This document shows positions 14,392 to 28,761 of a DNA stretch of 64,000 nucleotides, piece by piece. Position numbers and translations under genes: made by a program. This stretch comes from Octopus bimaculoides. Taxonomy: Eukaryota. How positions within the stretch are numbered: position 1 is the first letter of the stretch; every line of letters begins with the position of its first letter. The stretch spans positions 79,707,752 through 79,771,751 of the forward strand of contig NC_068983.1 in the NCBI RefSeq assembly GCF_001194135.2, written 5' to 3'. Under the pieces are notes generated by a model. That model ran no database searches. It had not been told where the DNA came from and saw nothing but the letters and a program-made list of their open reading frames with translations.

Positions 14392-14515
14392 TTAGCATTT
14401 CTTCCTTCTAACATGCTTATAAACTGGTGACAGACTTTGCTTTTCTACCAAGGATTTATCAATAATTCTTTCTTTATATCGTGGCATAATGGTTTTATCA
14501 ATAATTAGAACATTT
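14392..14515 (-). CDS. Candidate terminal coding exon, unknown protein (NVLIIDKTIMPRYKERIIDKSLVEKQSLSPVYKHVRRKKC*)
   Basis: Long poly-T tract plus TTTTAG acceptor, one open frame to TAA, AATAAA a few bases after the stop. No recognised homology. Confidence 0.3.
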
Positions 14516-15838
14516 CTAAAACATAAGAAAAAAAAAAAAATTTGTATTCTTTCATTCATTGACTGATTAATATCACTCACCACTTTCATTCTTTGGTGAT
14601 GATAATATCTCGTGTTTTGTTGTTCTTTTTTTCAAATCTTTTATTCCATTTCTTGAAATTTACTTTATATGTTCCTTGTTCAATAAATGTCAATATTTCT
14701 CACACTGCCCACTTAATATTCAAATCCTTGAATCCAACAGTTTTTTTTTATTGAAATTTGCATTTTCACCATTTTTACCGAGAACTTCATTCTCAAATAT
14801 TTTTAGCATCCAACTTGTTAATAATATATTGGCTATTTCACAGCCAGTCATTTCTCTTTTCACTTTATCCCCTCTCACCACCACCTTGTATCTTATAAGA
14901 GTTATTTTGATCAATATATTGCTAGTATCATGAGGAAGCATTGGAAAAAAGAACAAAAATACTTTTAAATACCTACATGTTATTTCACCTTTATGGGTTT
15001 ATCATAACAATGTTCAATCCTGTTTAAAAGGGGTGAACCTACTACATTTTTGACACTAACAATACTCAATGATACTTTACTTGTGTACAAGAAGGCAAAA
15101 CTTTTCTTGATATTTATTAACATTCTGAAATTGTAATATTTCATAGCTTTAATAACATTTTATATAACTTTCCCCACTATTATATATTTAAATTAATCTA
15201 TACTCAACAGTTGATTTAATCAAAATCTGTTCTGAGCTAGGTTTTTATTCACCATGTTTTGTATATGAAAATATTTCTGGGTGAATTCTTTCAACAAATG
15301 AATGCAGTGTAAGTAAATAAGTTAATAACTTAATATTTTAATAGTTTTTTTATTATTATTTATTTCAGTTTGGTATTGCTATTTCTGTTACAGTTTAATT
15401 TTTTCTCTAGACTTCTAAACCTTGATAACAATTCTGTCCTTCAAAATTAATTTTACTCTAGAATTGACTTCAACCATTGAACAGTGACCATGGCACACCA
15501 CCTTCAACTGTTTAGTTGAGCATGTCAATATTTCTGATACCACCAATACTTATTTCACTTTTGTATTAATGTTATTGTCTCTCATTGTTGAATCACTAAA
15601 TTACATCACATAAATAGATATGAATGCCAGTACGCACATACATGTATGTATATTGTAGTTGGAACTTACAAAAACACAAAAGACGAAGACAGGTGTATAA
15701 ACAACAAACAGGTGTATTAGTTAAATGCTCAGGAAGGTGAGAAAGTCTTTTACGTTTCAAACCTATGCTCTTCAACAGAAAAGAACATGAGAAAATAGTG
15801 GCTAGTGGTCGATCACATGCCTAGTGTCGATCAGTATG

Positions 15839-15879
<41 letters not shown>

Positions 15880-15957
15880 TTTATTAATACAGGATATTAC
15901 TCTACCTCTGGTATTTGAGTACTATTTTCTCCACCTGGTTTCACATTTATGTGCTTA

Positions 15958-15967
15958 NNNNNNNNNN
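15958..15967. other. Assembly gap (10 N)
   Basis: N run. Confidence 1.
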
Positions 15968-15972
15968 CTCTG

Positions 15973-16048
<76 letters not shown>

Positions 16049-19000
16049 TTAACAAGAACTTTGAGATGGAAATTCATAAATCTTTTAATGCATTGCTACA
16101 TATGTTTCCACAAAGGACATGTTTTTGTTGATGCATTCCCCATCCATAGAACATTATAAATGTGATTAGCAATATCTATGGATTTTAAGAGGAACTATTA
16201 ATACATGTAATATATGTGTGTACGTGTGCAGTGGTTTCTACACAGTTTCCATCTTCTAAATCCTACTCACTAGGCATGGGCCAACCTGTGATAAGAATAA
16301 AAGTGACTTATCCAAGATGCTACACAGTAGGATCAAACCCAGAACCACTATTAGGAAACAAACTACTTAACCGCACAGCTATGCTTACATCTTCATTTTT
16401 CCACCACTAAATCTTATATTAATTTATGGAAATTTTTTAAGCTTAAATTTCTTAATTGTTTGAATTTTTAATAACATCTATTATTATCTAGAATTCTTTA
16501 ATTGTAATTAAGAGATAAGGTTAAAGATGTGGTTTATTAATCACTCCACTCGTTTTCAGTCTTTCACAGACAATTATTCTTTTGGTTTGTTATCTCAAGG
16601 GGGGATTAGCCCTATTTAAGACCTGAACACAGAATGTAGAGAAAGTAAACAAGATATTTTAAGGCATTTTACTTCAGTATTAGATAAGGCCTCTGTCAGG
16701 TAAAGCTGACATTACATCTGTACATGTATGTACAAGACTTGGAAATACTTTTTGAAAAGACTGTCTGTAGCTCATGCACACAATTCTCTTCCTGTCCACA
16801 ACATTGACATTTACCCAAGAGAAACAGTTTGCTCACTTGGGCCAATACAGCTTGGAATTAGTGTCATTATAGGCTTTTCTGTCTGCACAGAACACTAAGA
16901 GACGGAACAGATAGTACAAGGCATCTTGTGCTAACCTACTACCTTGAGTGGGTGTTTCTTTATTGATCCTGAAATGATTAAAGGCAAAGTTGACCATGGC
17001 AGGATTTGAACTTAGAGCATAGAAACTGAAAATGAATACCACAGAGCACTCTATTCCGCACTGATAGCAATCCTAGTTTTTCACCTCCCCCTGTATTAGC
17101 TAACTCATTTTTAAAATATTCATTCTGTTGAAACAGACTTACTGATTTTGTAAAACAGAATTAACAAGAATTTTGAAGAAGGATAAACAATTTTTTGTTA
17201 TTTCTGGCAAAGTAGAAATAACTGACTGTTTTCTTAACATGTTGAGTGAAAAGTCATCTTTTTTTACATAAAAATCCAAAATTTTTTCTTTTTAACTCTT
17301 AGGAGACTGGTATGTCTATGCTGTAAAGACAGATAGTCTCAGGAATGAACTTATATTTATTTTGAAGGAGAAAAACATATTATTTCTAATTTTGTAATGT
17401 TAAATTTAAAGCTGCACACTTCATCCAGTTTATTCATTTTTTCTTATATGTATAAAACGACAAAATATGTATTTCAATTGATTTATACTGTATGAAAAAA
17501 TATATCTCATACAGAATGATTGCTTCTGTTTAACCCTAAATTAGCCATGGTTATGATCAAAAGCATTTTAGTTATAACCATTCTAGGAGTACACTGTGTA
17601 GCCAAACTTATGTAACTCAATAGATTTGGCTGTTATTTCTAGCAGGTCTTAATTTCCACATTGGCTCAATTAAAATCAGGCTGTTAGGTTTGGTGTGAGA
17701 TAAAAAGGGATGGATCAGTAGACATTATAGAGAACAGGACCCACTACTGTCTTAGATTAGTCTACAGGTAATAGGTAGAACATATTGGGTAATTACACTC
17801 AGTTTGTACCGAGGCCCAATAGCAGTGTTTGTTGCACTGTCTGTACTCTGAGTTCAAATCCCACTAAGGTAAACTTTACCTTCCATTCTTCTGTGGGTAA
17901 TAAAGTATTAGTCCAAAAGTGGATTGACATAATTTTTAGAATGTTGGAAGTGATGTCTTACTGTGTCTGATCTGGCTCTGTGTGTTCTGCATTCAGATCA
18001 TACCTCTTGTCATCAAAAATAAAAATAAAAAAGGAGAAAGAATGGTAACACTTCTGCTCTCAGAATATTTGACCAATAGATTGTATCAGGAATGGAAAAA
18101 AACTGATGGAAACATAGTTCCTTGGTTCATTTCATTGACCAGATCAGCCATCTCACTACTAATAATTACAACTATGTGAATATAACCTTTTATACATTAA
18201 ATCAACTACTATGAGTTATGACAATTGTACAGTGCTTAAGTTTTTATGTTAGTATTTGAAAAGAAAAACAATTCAAATAAAGTCTGTCCAAACTAGAAGT
18301 TTCTAGAATGAGTTTCTGTATAAACTGTAATATGTCAACAAATGAGAAACAAAGCAAACATACAGAAAGACACAAACATGTTTATTGAGATAATATATTC
18401 TCCCTGTCTGCACACAGAATGGTTGACACTTGGAAGGGTAACAAATATTAAACTGCTTTCTTCATCTACTTATGTCCTGGCACATAAAATGTTTACACGC
18501 CTGCTACATGATCAGAAACAAGATATCTAATGGCAATACTCTACATATTTGGGATGGCGCCAAATATGGTCAGGAAAACTTAAGTAACAATATCAGTATC
18601 AAAGATTAAAAGTTACTGTGGTGTTGATATAATTTTAGTGGTAGGGTGGCAAAGATGATGATGACCATCATGGTGGTGGGGGCAATGATGGCAGCAACGA
18701 TGATGACGACAATGTTGTCGTTAATAATAATGATGGTAATGACAATTGTAGTGAGTATGGTAATGGTGGTTGTTGTTGTTGTTTATGTTTGATGAAGCAA
18801 ACTTTTGATCTAAAGCATTCCAGTCATGACCAGCCTGTCTTTTATTCAGACATAGTATATCTAAGATTACATTATAATCATCATTTAGTGTGTTCTTTTC
18901 TTAGACAGTAGGGTGTGATTTAAGGGAGATTTGGTTGCTATTTCTTGCTGGTCAAAATCTGTGTAGAGGTTCTGTCATTAATTCAGATGATGGTTGTAAT

Positions 19001-20029
19001 GGGAAGGGCTCACACTAATGTTATGGGGACACCTTATATCTGCTGTTGATATTTTGTGTTTTTATTGTATCCACTTTATTTCAGGGTTACTATTTTCCAA
19101 TTACTTTCAGTAATAGAATACTTCTGCCCATTTGTGAATTTTTTTTACAATCTGATTAAAACCATTGAGATTGGTTTATGCTATTAATTAGTTTAGTCTT
19201 TGTCTTGTTTCTCTCATTGAATTAAATACTACAATTGACAAAAATTGACTGAACACTTGGTTGTCTATAAGAATTTAGTCAATCTTTGGCTGTGGGCAAT
19301 GATTTCACCCTTCAGCATTTAAACCAGCCATATTCGGCCAAAATATTTTACCTATCTTAAGTTCAAACTTACCAGATCAAGCCTCTCACACCTACCCTGC
19401 AATGTCATTTTAAAAGTAAACAATCCCATCATCAAAATCTCAGTTCCAAGATAATGCTTGATTAATTCAAACAATGTGAATAAATAAGCATTACATTTGA
19501 CAGAATAATCTGAATACTAAAGGATTAAATTGATGCAACATTTAGTTTGATAATCTTTTAACTAATTTTTATTTATTAAAAACTAAATTTACTTAGTGTA
19601 CTACATCCCTTTTAGGATGTAAATGCTACAAGGTATTCATACTGATATGCACAGATGCCTGCACATACAGTACCCAAACACTCAACACACAGTAACACAC
19701 ATACATGTTCCAGATAACTTTAGCCTCTTGCACTACTAGCCATCTCTCTCTCTCTCCCCTACCCCTCTCTCCCTCCTTTCACAACAGGATATCCACAGTG
19801 TATGTAGATATGCATGTGTGTGTGTGTTTGTGTATGTATGGATATTACCTTACCTGAAAAACATGAAGGTCAATGATAGGAAGGGCATTCAGCCATAGGA
19901 AAATTTGTTTGAACAAATTCTATTCACTTTTCCATGCCAGCATCAGAAAAGCAGACATTAAATGATGGTTACAACATACATGTATGTATGTGTGTGTATA
20001 TATATATATTGACAAAAATAAGTATGTAT

Positions 20030-20215
20030 GTGTATATAGGGAGAATTCTCAAAAAAACAACAGACGAAGACAGGTGGTGTAGAAAACAAATGGGTGTATT
20101 AGTATAACGCTTGAGAATTGAAAAAGTCTTTAACGTTTCGAGCCTATGCTCTTCCACAGAAAGGAACACAGAAAGAAACAAGGAGAGAAAAAAATGTGTG
20201 TAGTGGTCAGCGATC
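20030..20215 (+). mobile_element. Penelope-like terminal-repeat fragment; second copy at ~15655-15830
   Basis: Both copies share GACGAAGACAGGTG...ACGTTTC(G/A)A(G/A)CCTATGCTCTTC. The family assignment is inference. Confidence 0.45.
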
Positions 20216-21012
20216 TATCTATCTATCTATATATCATCATCATCATCATCATCATCGTTTAACGTCCGCTTTCCATGCTAGCATGGGTTGGACGATTTGA
20301 CTGAGGACTGGTGAAACCGGATGGCAATATATATTGACAAAATAAGTAAACAAAAGCAGTTTTATTTCATACACAAACACACACAAGCTTCAGTGTAGAT
20401 TCTGCCTCACAAATTTCAATCTGTCATTGATTATCCTAAGACTACAGTAGAAGACGTTTGTTCTTGTTGCCAAGTCATGGAAATGAACCCTGTACTGCAT
20501 TGTCCGGAACTGAACTTGTTGACCACCACACAGCCATGTCAGTACCTATATCGAAAAATCTAAATACTTTGCTTTAAAAAAAAATCCCAAAGTATGATAT
20601 AATATACTAATCCTATGAAATTAAGTAGGTTTAATTACTTGATTAGTTCTAAATACCTGACTGCTACTGGTTAAAGTATTAAATGATGCATATGGCAAGA
20701 GTTAATTAACAGTATGGTGGGCTCTTCAGAAACGATACATATGGTAAACTGCCAAGGTAAATAATTGGCAGAATCTAGTTAGGTACTTCACTCTTCTAAT
20801 GCAAATCATATTGTCTTTGATTTTTATTTCTTACAAATCAATCAAATAAATACCGATTATATTCTAATATTTTCCTTTGCTTCTTTGGTGTAGATTCATT
20901 TATCTAAAGAATAAAAAACACAATAAAAAATTGTTCCAAAACAAAAATTACTCTTTGTACCTGATCAAAAGAAGGTATTATCATGTATCATCAAAAAAAT
21001 GTTGTGTGTGTG

Positions 21013-21085
<73 letters not shown>

Positions 21086-21359
21086 ACACTATTATGTATG
21101 TGTGTGTATATATATATATATGTATGTATAAATGCCACAATGATTGGTGGGTAGGAATAAATAGAGATGTATGGTATAATTATGGGTGTGTGTTTATAGT
21201 AAACACACATTTTTAACCTTACTGTGAAACATATATTAATGTTAAGCTACATGTTTTTTTTTTTTTATTGCTGTGACCTTGAAAAAGATAGTCTGACTAG
21301 ATTCAGAAATCATTTGCAATTTCCTCAGAGGCAGGTTAAATATGTATAATATATATATG

Positions 21360-21909
21360 TCAGTAGCGGGGGAGGGTGCACTGAAGCTGCTAGAATAAGA
21401 ATAGCCTGGGCAAAGTTCAGAGAGCACTTACCACTGCTGGTGACAAAGGGCCTCTTGCTCAGAGTAAAAGACAGACTGTATGACGCATGTGTACAAACAG
21501 CCATACCATACTACATGGCAGTGAAACATGGGCCGTGACTGCTGAGGACATGCGTAAGCTCGCAAGGAATGAAACCAGTATGCTCCAATGGATTTGGAAT
21601 GTCAGTGTACATACTCGACAGAGTGTAAGTACCTTGAGAGAAAAGTTGGACCTAAGAAGTATCAGTTGTGGTGTGCAAGAGAGACGGTTATGCTGGTATG
21701 GTCATTTGGCGAGAATGGATGAGGATAGCTGTGTGAAAAAGTGTCACACCCTAGTAGTTGAGGGTACCTGTGGAAGAGGTAGACCCAGGAAGACCTGGGA
21801 TGAGGTGGTGAAGCATGACCTTCGAACATTAGGCCTCACAGAGGCAATAACTATTGACCAAGACCTTTGGAAATATGCTGTGCATGAGAAGACCCGGCAA
21901 GACAAGTGA
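21360..21909 (+). mobile_element. RTE-clade LINE, 5'-truncated, C-terminal end of the RT ORF
   Basis: Translates RIRIAWAKFRE, LHGSETWAVT, RRLCWYGHLARMDEDS and GRGRPRKTWDEVVKHDL, motifs typical of the RTE ORF C-terminus (ORF track 21487-21909). Confidence 0.92.
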
Positions 21910-22575
21910 GACCATAACCCATGGCCTTTACCATGGGTGTAGGCAGCCCACTTATGCATACCTTTCCTTCTTTGGACACAAAACCCTGCTTGCGAAGACC
22001 TGTTGAGGCAAGTGAAATCGAAATCGAAATTGAACCAAATTCGATGACTGGCACCCATACCAAACTTCCTTCATTGGACACTAAACTCAGCTTGCGAAGA
22101 CCTGTTGGGGCAAGTGAGATCAAAACTGAACCAAATTCGATGACTGGCACCTGTGCCAGTGGAGCGCTAACAACACCATCCAAATGGGATCACAGCCAGA
22201 ACAGCGGTCTCGCTTCCATGCCGGTGACACGTAAAAAGCACCATTTGAGCGCGATCGTTACCAGCTTCGCCTTACTGGTACTTGTGCTGATGGAATGTGA
22301 ACAAAACATTGGACTGACTCCTGTGCAGGTGGCATGTAAAAAACACCATTTGAGCATGGCTGTTGCCAGTACCGCCGGACTGGCCCTCGTGCTGGTGGCA
22401 TGTAAAAAGCACCCACTACACACTTGGAGTGGTTGGCATTAGGAAGGGCATCCAGCTGTAGAAACTCTGCCAGATCAGATTGGAGTCTGGTGTGGCCATC
22501 TGGTTCACTAGTCCCCAGTCAAATTGTCCAAACCATGCTAGCATGGAAAGCAGACGTTAAATGATGATGATGATA
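21910..22575 (+). mobile_element. Modular 3' tail downstream of the RTE ORF, ending in (GAT)n
   Basis: Internal duplications (TGCGAAGACCTGTTG...CCAAATTCGATGACTGGCACC x2; GTAAAAAGCACC module x3). Terminal block GGCATTAGGAAGGGCATCCAGCTGTAGAAAC...CCATGCTAGCATGGAAAGCAGACGTTAAATGATGATG also occurs alone at ~27060-27230, 31180-31360, 57890-58090 and, reversed, ~34670-34830 and 44625-44760. Confidence 0.8.
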
Positions 22576-22580
22576 TATAT

Positions 22581-22782
22581 ATAATTGCCAACCAAATGTG
22601 GTGTTCTATACAGGACAGTGCTACTGGCATTTATAACCTCAGGAAGACATCTCTTCCAGCTGGCTAACGACACACATTCTGTGTCCGATTAGTATTTGCG
22701 ATTGGATGCAGAATATGTGCCTGGGGCTATAAACACCAGTAGCACTGTCCTTTATAGGACGCCACACTTGGTTTGCGATTAT
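22581..22782. mobile_element. Foldback / MITE-like element with ~63-bp inverted arms
   Basis: Arms 22581-22643 and 22720-22782 (core AGGACAGTGCTACTGG / CCAGTAGCACTGTCCT), inserted in TA-rich sequence. Confidence 0.7.
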
Positions 22783-22836
22783 ATGTTACGGTTCCGTATT
22801 GCTACTGTTTACATCTCGCTCAGAGATTTAATATAG

Positions 22837-22874
<38 letters not shown>

Positions 22875-23467
22875 TATGAGGGGGTATGTATGCATGTGCA
22901 CACACAGATAATGGAAAAACATTCATGTGTTACTGTTGTTTAGCTCCAAACCAACCGTCATGAAATATATTTCTGGTCTCAAAGATTTTGATGTCTTGTA
23001 CATTTAATCTTTTTCCCAAGGCATAGGGTATACATGAATAAATTATATTTTAAGACAGTAAGGAGTGATTAAAGGGAGATCTGGATATTTGACTATTATT
23101 TCCTTTACATCGTTCTCTGGGCCCTCAGTTGGGTCTACTTAAGGAAGTCCTTCTGTCTACCAGGCATTCTTTACATTGAGTAACATCTCATAGTAGTTTC
23201 TTAATCTCAGTGAGGACAAGTCTACTATTGTTATTAATTATGCACTACTTGTTAAGGTTTGCTCTACAGATATTTTATAGAAAGTATAAGTCATTTGTAA
23301 TTATGCAGTTTCATTGATGACAGCTTCAGTTGCACTAGAACACTGCTTCACAATCCAGTATACCTTGCACATTTGATTGTGTTATAGAGTATTAGCTTAC
23401 TTCTATGCCTGCTGCTCCCTCCCCATACTCTTGCAACTTACCCAGCCACTCATCATCATCATCATCC

Positions 23468-23503
<36 letters not shown>

Positions 23504-26500
23504 CATAATTACCATCATTACTATTCTACTACTCTTCATACCCATGTATTATTGATCATACTACCCTTCCTCTACAGCTTTCCTCAACACTTTCCAATCT
23601 CCACAGCTGTCACCTACTCTTGCTGACCTCTTGTTACCATGGCATGCAACACTTGTTCTTCATTATATTTGCTTTCTCACTCATTCTCCATCTCTAACCA
23701 TCTCTCACTTTCCTATAAACTCTCAGAACTTCTATCTTCCCACACTCCCAGTTCTTCTACCCTCATTCTTTTTCACTTAACTCATACCTTCAGGGTCTAG
23801 ACAGACGCCTCATCACATTATTTTATCTCTTCCCCATTTCACTTTTGATCATCAGCCTCACCCTCTCTTCTAAAATGTGAGAAGCCCAACAGCAAGAAAT
23901 CTGTTTCTGCTCTGGCTCCCTTCACTCATACATTAACTTCCACTTCATCTAGGATAAAGCTGTCTCTCTCAGGGTTCATAGTCTTGCAACTTGAACAACC
24001 ACCTCACTAGTGCTTGTGGCATGAAAGAAAAATACCCAGTAGACACTGTTAAGTTGGCATTTGGAAAGGTATCCAGCAGAAGAAACTATTCCAAAGTAGA
24101 CATTGGAGCATGATACAGTCCTTAGACTCAATGGATCCTTTCAAACTGTCCAGCTGATGCCTGGGATATTAAATGATGATGGTGGTTACGAGCTGATATC
24201 TAGCATTCCTAAATGCATAATAATATTCTTTGCTTTCTCCTTTCTACCATTCTTTCCAAACTCGTCTGTTAGCTCTTATGGCACATTCTACCATACCATT
24301 CTATGACTAAATTGTCCATCATTCAAAAATCTAGTTTCTGGCTTGCAGCCAGTTGTCTCATAGAAACTCTTGTTATAGGTCTCTATCTCAGATTAGTTCT
24401 TGATGTGCTCTTTAACCTATGTCTAGCTGTGAGAATTTTTCAGTTTTCCTAGCTCTTTTCTCAGATTGTCTCATGTGACTGGGACTATCTAGCACTTACT
24501 CTGATACTACTTGTCACTAGTCTATGTTGAGCAGTACATCCTTCACTGGAGGAAAAACTTAGTGTTTACAACCACTCATCTATCCAGTTTCTTGATGACT
24601 ATGATATCTATATGGCTTGTAGGTTTGCCTGACTAGTAGAAGATCAGACAGCTGCCTCAAATCCCAAAGTTACAGTTGCAAATGGCAAAGTGAACTAAGT
24701 ATTTGCTTCACAGAATTGTAAGATGTCTGTTCACTCTTCTGTCCATTTACTATGGCCATAACCTTCATGTACATTGGAATAGTTGTAATGGTGTTTAAAA
24801 AATGCCCATTAAACTCAACAGCCATAATAAGGAGTTTATTGTTATCTTTTATTGTGGTAGTCTACAAGAGAACTTCATAGAAACAGTTCTTTTGCTTGTC
24901 TATCTATCTTAGTATTGTTGCCTATTCAGTGTGTGGGAGCATGCACATGTGTGTGTGTGTTTTGCTATGTGAGTAAGTGCGCATCAGTGACTTTGTATTG
25001 AGTGAATCAAATAAATATATATATTTATGTGTGTGTGTGTGTGTGTGTGTGTATTATCATTATTATTATTATCATTATTATTATTTATCAAAAGTCACAA
25101 AGTGACTAAAGAGCCAAAAGTTTGTGCATTGGCACTTACCAAACTGGTTTCAAATCATAATTTGAAAACAGTTTGATCAGTACCGATAATAATAATATAT
25201 ATATATATATATACATGCACACATATTTTATATTTGTTTAAATCCTTAGGCCACAATATGCTAAAACAGGCATTTTGCCTTATTTCTCTCACGAAATGCA
25301 CCAAACTAATAATGATAAATCTATCATTTTTCACTGTTATATAATAAAACAAAAAAACTATCTTCATTTAGTTTAGCCCACCTTATTTCAACATTCAAAA
25401 CCATAATAATTCCAATATTTCTGTCATTCTTTAACACATTTTCTTTTCCCTGTTCTCTGCACACTTTTGTTTCTCAATCTCAAAAATTTTTTTCAAATCA
25501 TTTCATCACATTTTCATATTTCCATATTTTATTGTTTCTCTTCTGTTTTGCCCGAAATTTAGTTGTTCTTTATAATGGAAAAATATTTTGTCAAAGTAGA
25601 AAAATCACAATAAGGATGATTATTATTTGAAGTTAGAAATTGAAAGTATTGTGCCTTGAAATGCAATTCTTAAATGGAATAGGATCTAACCATATCCTAT
25701 TTCTGTTTTTGATTGATTCTTCTCCTGCACCACATTAACCACCAAGTTTATAGGGACACGATTTTATCTACTATGAAATATATTTCTTGTTATTCCTTTC
25801 GAAATTCCTCTTTCTTCAATTTCTATTTATGTATGCATAGAAATATGCATGTTCTTAAATATCTATGGACATACATATGCACATAACCACATAGATGCAA
25901 GAATAAATTCAAAACTTATACATACATACATACATACATACACATGCTCATACACACACACACACACACACACAAACGCAATACATATATGTACTATATG
26001 TAACATGCATTCATGAAACAGAAGACACGGTAAAAAAAGACAAGTAAAAAAGTCCCTGATAATTGCCACTGGTTTATTCATACATGCACCATTCCAATTT
26101 CTTTTAATCTAGAATAAAAGGAACCCTACATAGAAAGCACATCTGCTGAGAATCTTTTTTCTTTTTTTTTTATTTCCAGTGGTTAAAATTTTTAGTTCAT
26201 TGTTAAGAGCTTATGTAAAATTATATAATATATTTCCTCTTCTTATATACTCTGGGAGAAAATTCTCTGCACTCCAAGCTATTATGACTCATTCTTAAAA
26301 TCTTACCAGATCATGTGTGCTGTTTGTATTTCATTTTTAAGCAAGTTCTTTCTTTTCTTTTTATCTCCTATTTTCTTCATGTATTTCTTTTCAGTTCACA
26401 TCTGTGAGTTTTTATCCAAATATCATCTCAAGGATGCTGGAGTTATTTCATGTAATTTTCTTGCTTGGTTTTGACATTTTGCTGCATACTTTTTTCTTAC

Positions 26501-26691
26501 CACATATCATCTTTCCGGATTATGTATTATTTTGATATTTAAAAAAAAAACATTCTGTTTTTCTTAAAATTGCTTTAAAATGTGTTATTTCTGTACTCTT
26601 TCACTGGTTTCAGTCATTGCAATTTGGCCATGCTGGGGCACCACCTTCGATGGTTTTTGTTCTTTGTAGAACTTATTTTATTAAAAAACTA

Positions 26692-26908
26692 CACGGGAGT
26701 GCTGAAAAGTTCCTGGCTTTGGGTAAAGGAAAATACGAGAGGATCAGTTAATTATGATTTTATTCAACATATTCCCCTCTCAGATTCACACACTTATTGC
26801 AGCAATCTTTCAGTTTTCTAAGCCTTATAAAAAAAACTCAGAAGATTGATCCTCCAACCAAACCTTTCATGATACCCTTAAAGCCAGGAACTTTTCAGCA
26901 CCCCCTTA
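26692..26908 (+). mobile_element. Mariner-type MITE, copy 1 (~217 bp)
   Basis: TIRs GTGCTGAAAAGTTCCTGGCTTT / AAAGCCAGGAACTTTTCAGCAC, TA flanks; interior shared with the two other copies. Confidence 0.85.
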
Positions 26909-28359
26909 TATTTATCAAATTGCTAAGTATATCTAAGACATGTAACTCAGTAGCCTAAAATACCAACAGGGAATCTTCAATACTATAAGTTATCTACCAT
27001 TTCTTTGCTAATAACACACACACACATACATACCAATATGCACACAGTGCTGATGTCACATACAAAGCACCCAGCACACCTTGTGGAGTAGTTAGCATTA
27101 GGAAGGGCAACCAACTGTAGAAACCATGCCAAAACAGACAATGGAGTCTGGTGCTGCCCTTAGCCTTACCAGCTCTGGCCACATCGACCAACCCATACCA
27201 GCGTTGGAAACCAACATTAAATGATGATGATGTTTCCACCTATCAAATTTCACTTCCAAGATATTGGTTAACCAAAGTGCTGTACAATAGGCATGAACCC
27301 AGAATCACACATGGCTGTAGGAGGAGCTCCTTAACCATATGGTCATGCCTGTGCAACTGTTGCTTAAATTGTTATAAAATCCAAAAAGTTGCTATTGAAG
27401 TTGCTTCCTATTCATTTTCATTTCAGACATTATTGAAAGCCTATACTTTTAACACTAAGATTGAACATGATTATTTCTCTGATTGGCACACTCCTAATTT
27501 CTATTCATTATTGTTCTGGTGATCAGCTGCCTAACTGTCCAGATGACCATCAGTTTAATTCCTACTATTATCTGACTCTCATTTCATGCTTGTTAATCTA
27601 ATTCTGGTCAACAGAGGTTTATTTTTCTCTAACATTATTCTAATGTCAGTGGAGACAATACTTACTGATAAGTTTACATCTATTATCTTTCTGTTGTAGG
27701 GGAAAATTAAATACCCCCCAGACACTTATCTCTCTTGATAGTTATTAAGAGAGATTGAATGGAAAGTTGTCAACTCCCATAATTTTAAACAAGTAAAGTG
27801 AAGCAAATGAATTTGACCAATATTTACCTTATTTTTTAACATACTTAACTGTTAAATTATTAAAATATTGTGATGTAAAATACTTCTAATTCTCAATAGA
27901 TTTGAAAATGCAATAAAAGGAAGATATAGTCAAGCTACCAGCAGAAAAAATAAGATGTAAATTAAATTCATATTTATTGAAGTCTAATCTTAAATGGAAC
28001 TAAAAAAAATATAGATTTATATTTTAAATATATTTTCAAATCAATTACATACAAATTGAAATTTGCTGGAAAATGTTTTTAGTTATACCAAAGGCTTACT
28101 TAGTGATTTTGTGTAATACAAAGTCATTTGAGTTCATATTCTGTTTCATTCAAAAAATTTTAAAATACATATACAAATGTTTTAGCCACCATCATTAGAG
28201 TTAATATATACCACATATATATCTATGCAGTGTTAACCGAGGGAAAAAGCGTTCTCAATACATTATTAGAGATTAATATACTTTATTTCAGTCAAGTTAG
28301 TCTCTTGCTACTCTTTAGTATCATCTGTGGGTGCACAGGATCTTCAAACTTGCCTAAAG

Positions 28360-28708
28360 ATCCTGTGGAACTCATAGTAGACTGACTGCATGGCACCTTG
28401 GACAAGAGTCTTCTACTATAGCCTCGGGCCAACCAAAGCTTTGTGAGTGAGTGGATTTGGGAGATGAAAACTGAAGGAAGCCTGTCGTGTATGTATGTAT
28501 GTATGTATGTATTTGTGTGTCTATGTTTGTCCCTCCACCATCACTTCACAACCGATGTTGGTGTGTTTATGTCCCCATAACTTAGAGGTTTGGCAAAAGA
28601 GACCTATAGAATAAATACTAGGCTTACAAAGTATAAGTCCTGGGATTGATTTGTTTGACTAAAGACAGTGCTCTTGCATGGCTACAGTCATGACTGAAAC
28701 AAGTAAAA

Positions 28709-28710
<2 letters not shown>
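28360..28710 (+). mobile_element. SINE family A
   Basis: GGCACCTTGGACAAGAGTCTTCTACTATAGCC...GACTGAAACAAGTAAAAGA. Confidence 0.8.

Positions 28711-28761
<51 letters not shown>

Noticed and set aside
21921-22442. 173-aa ORF
   Set aside because: It runs through the non-coding modular repeat tail, and equivalent modules elsewhere in the window are not open.
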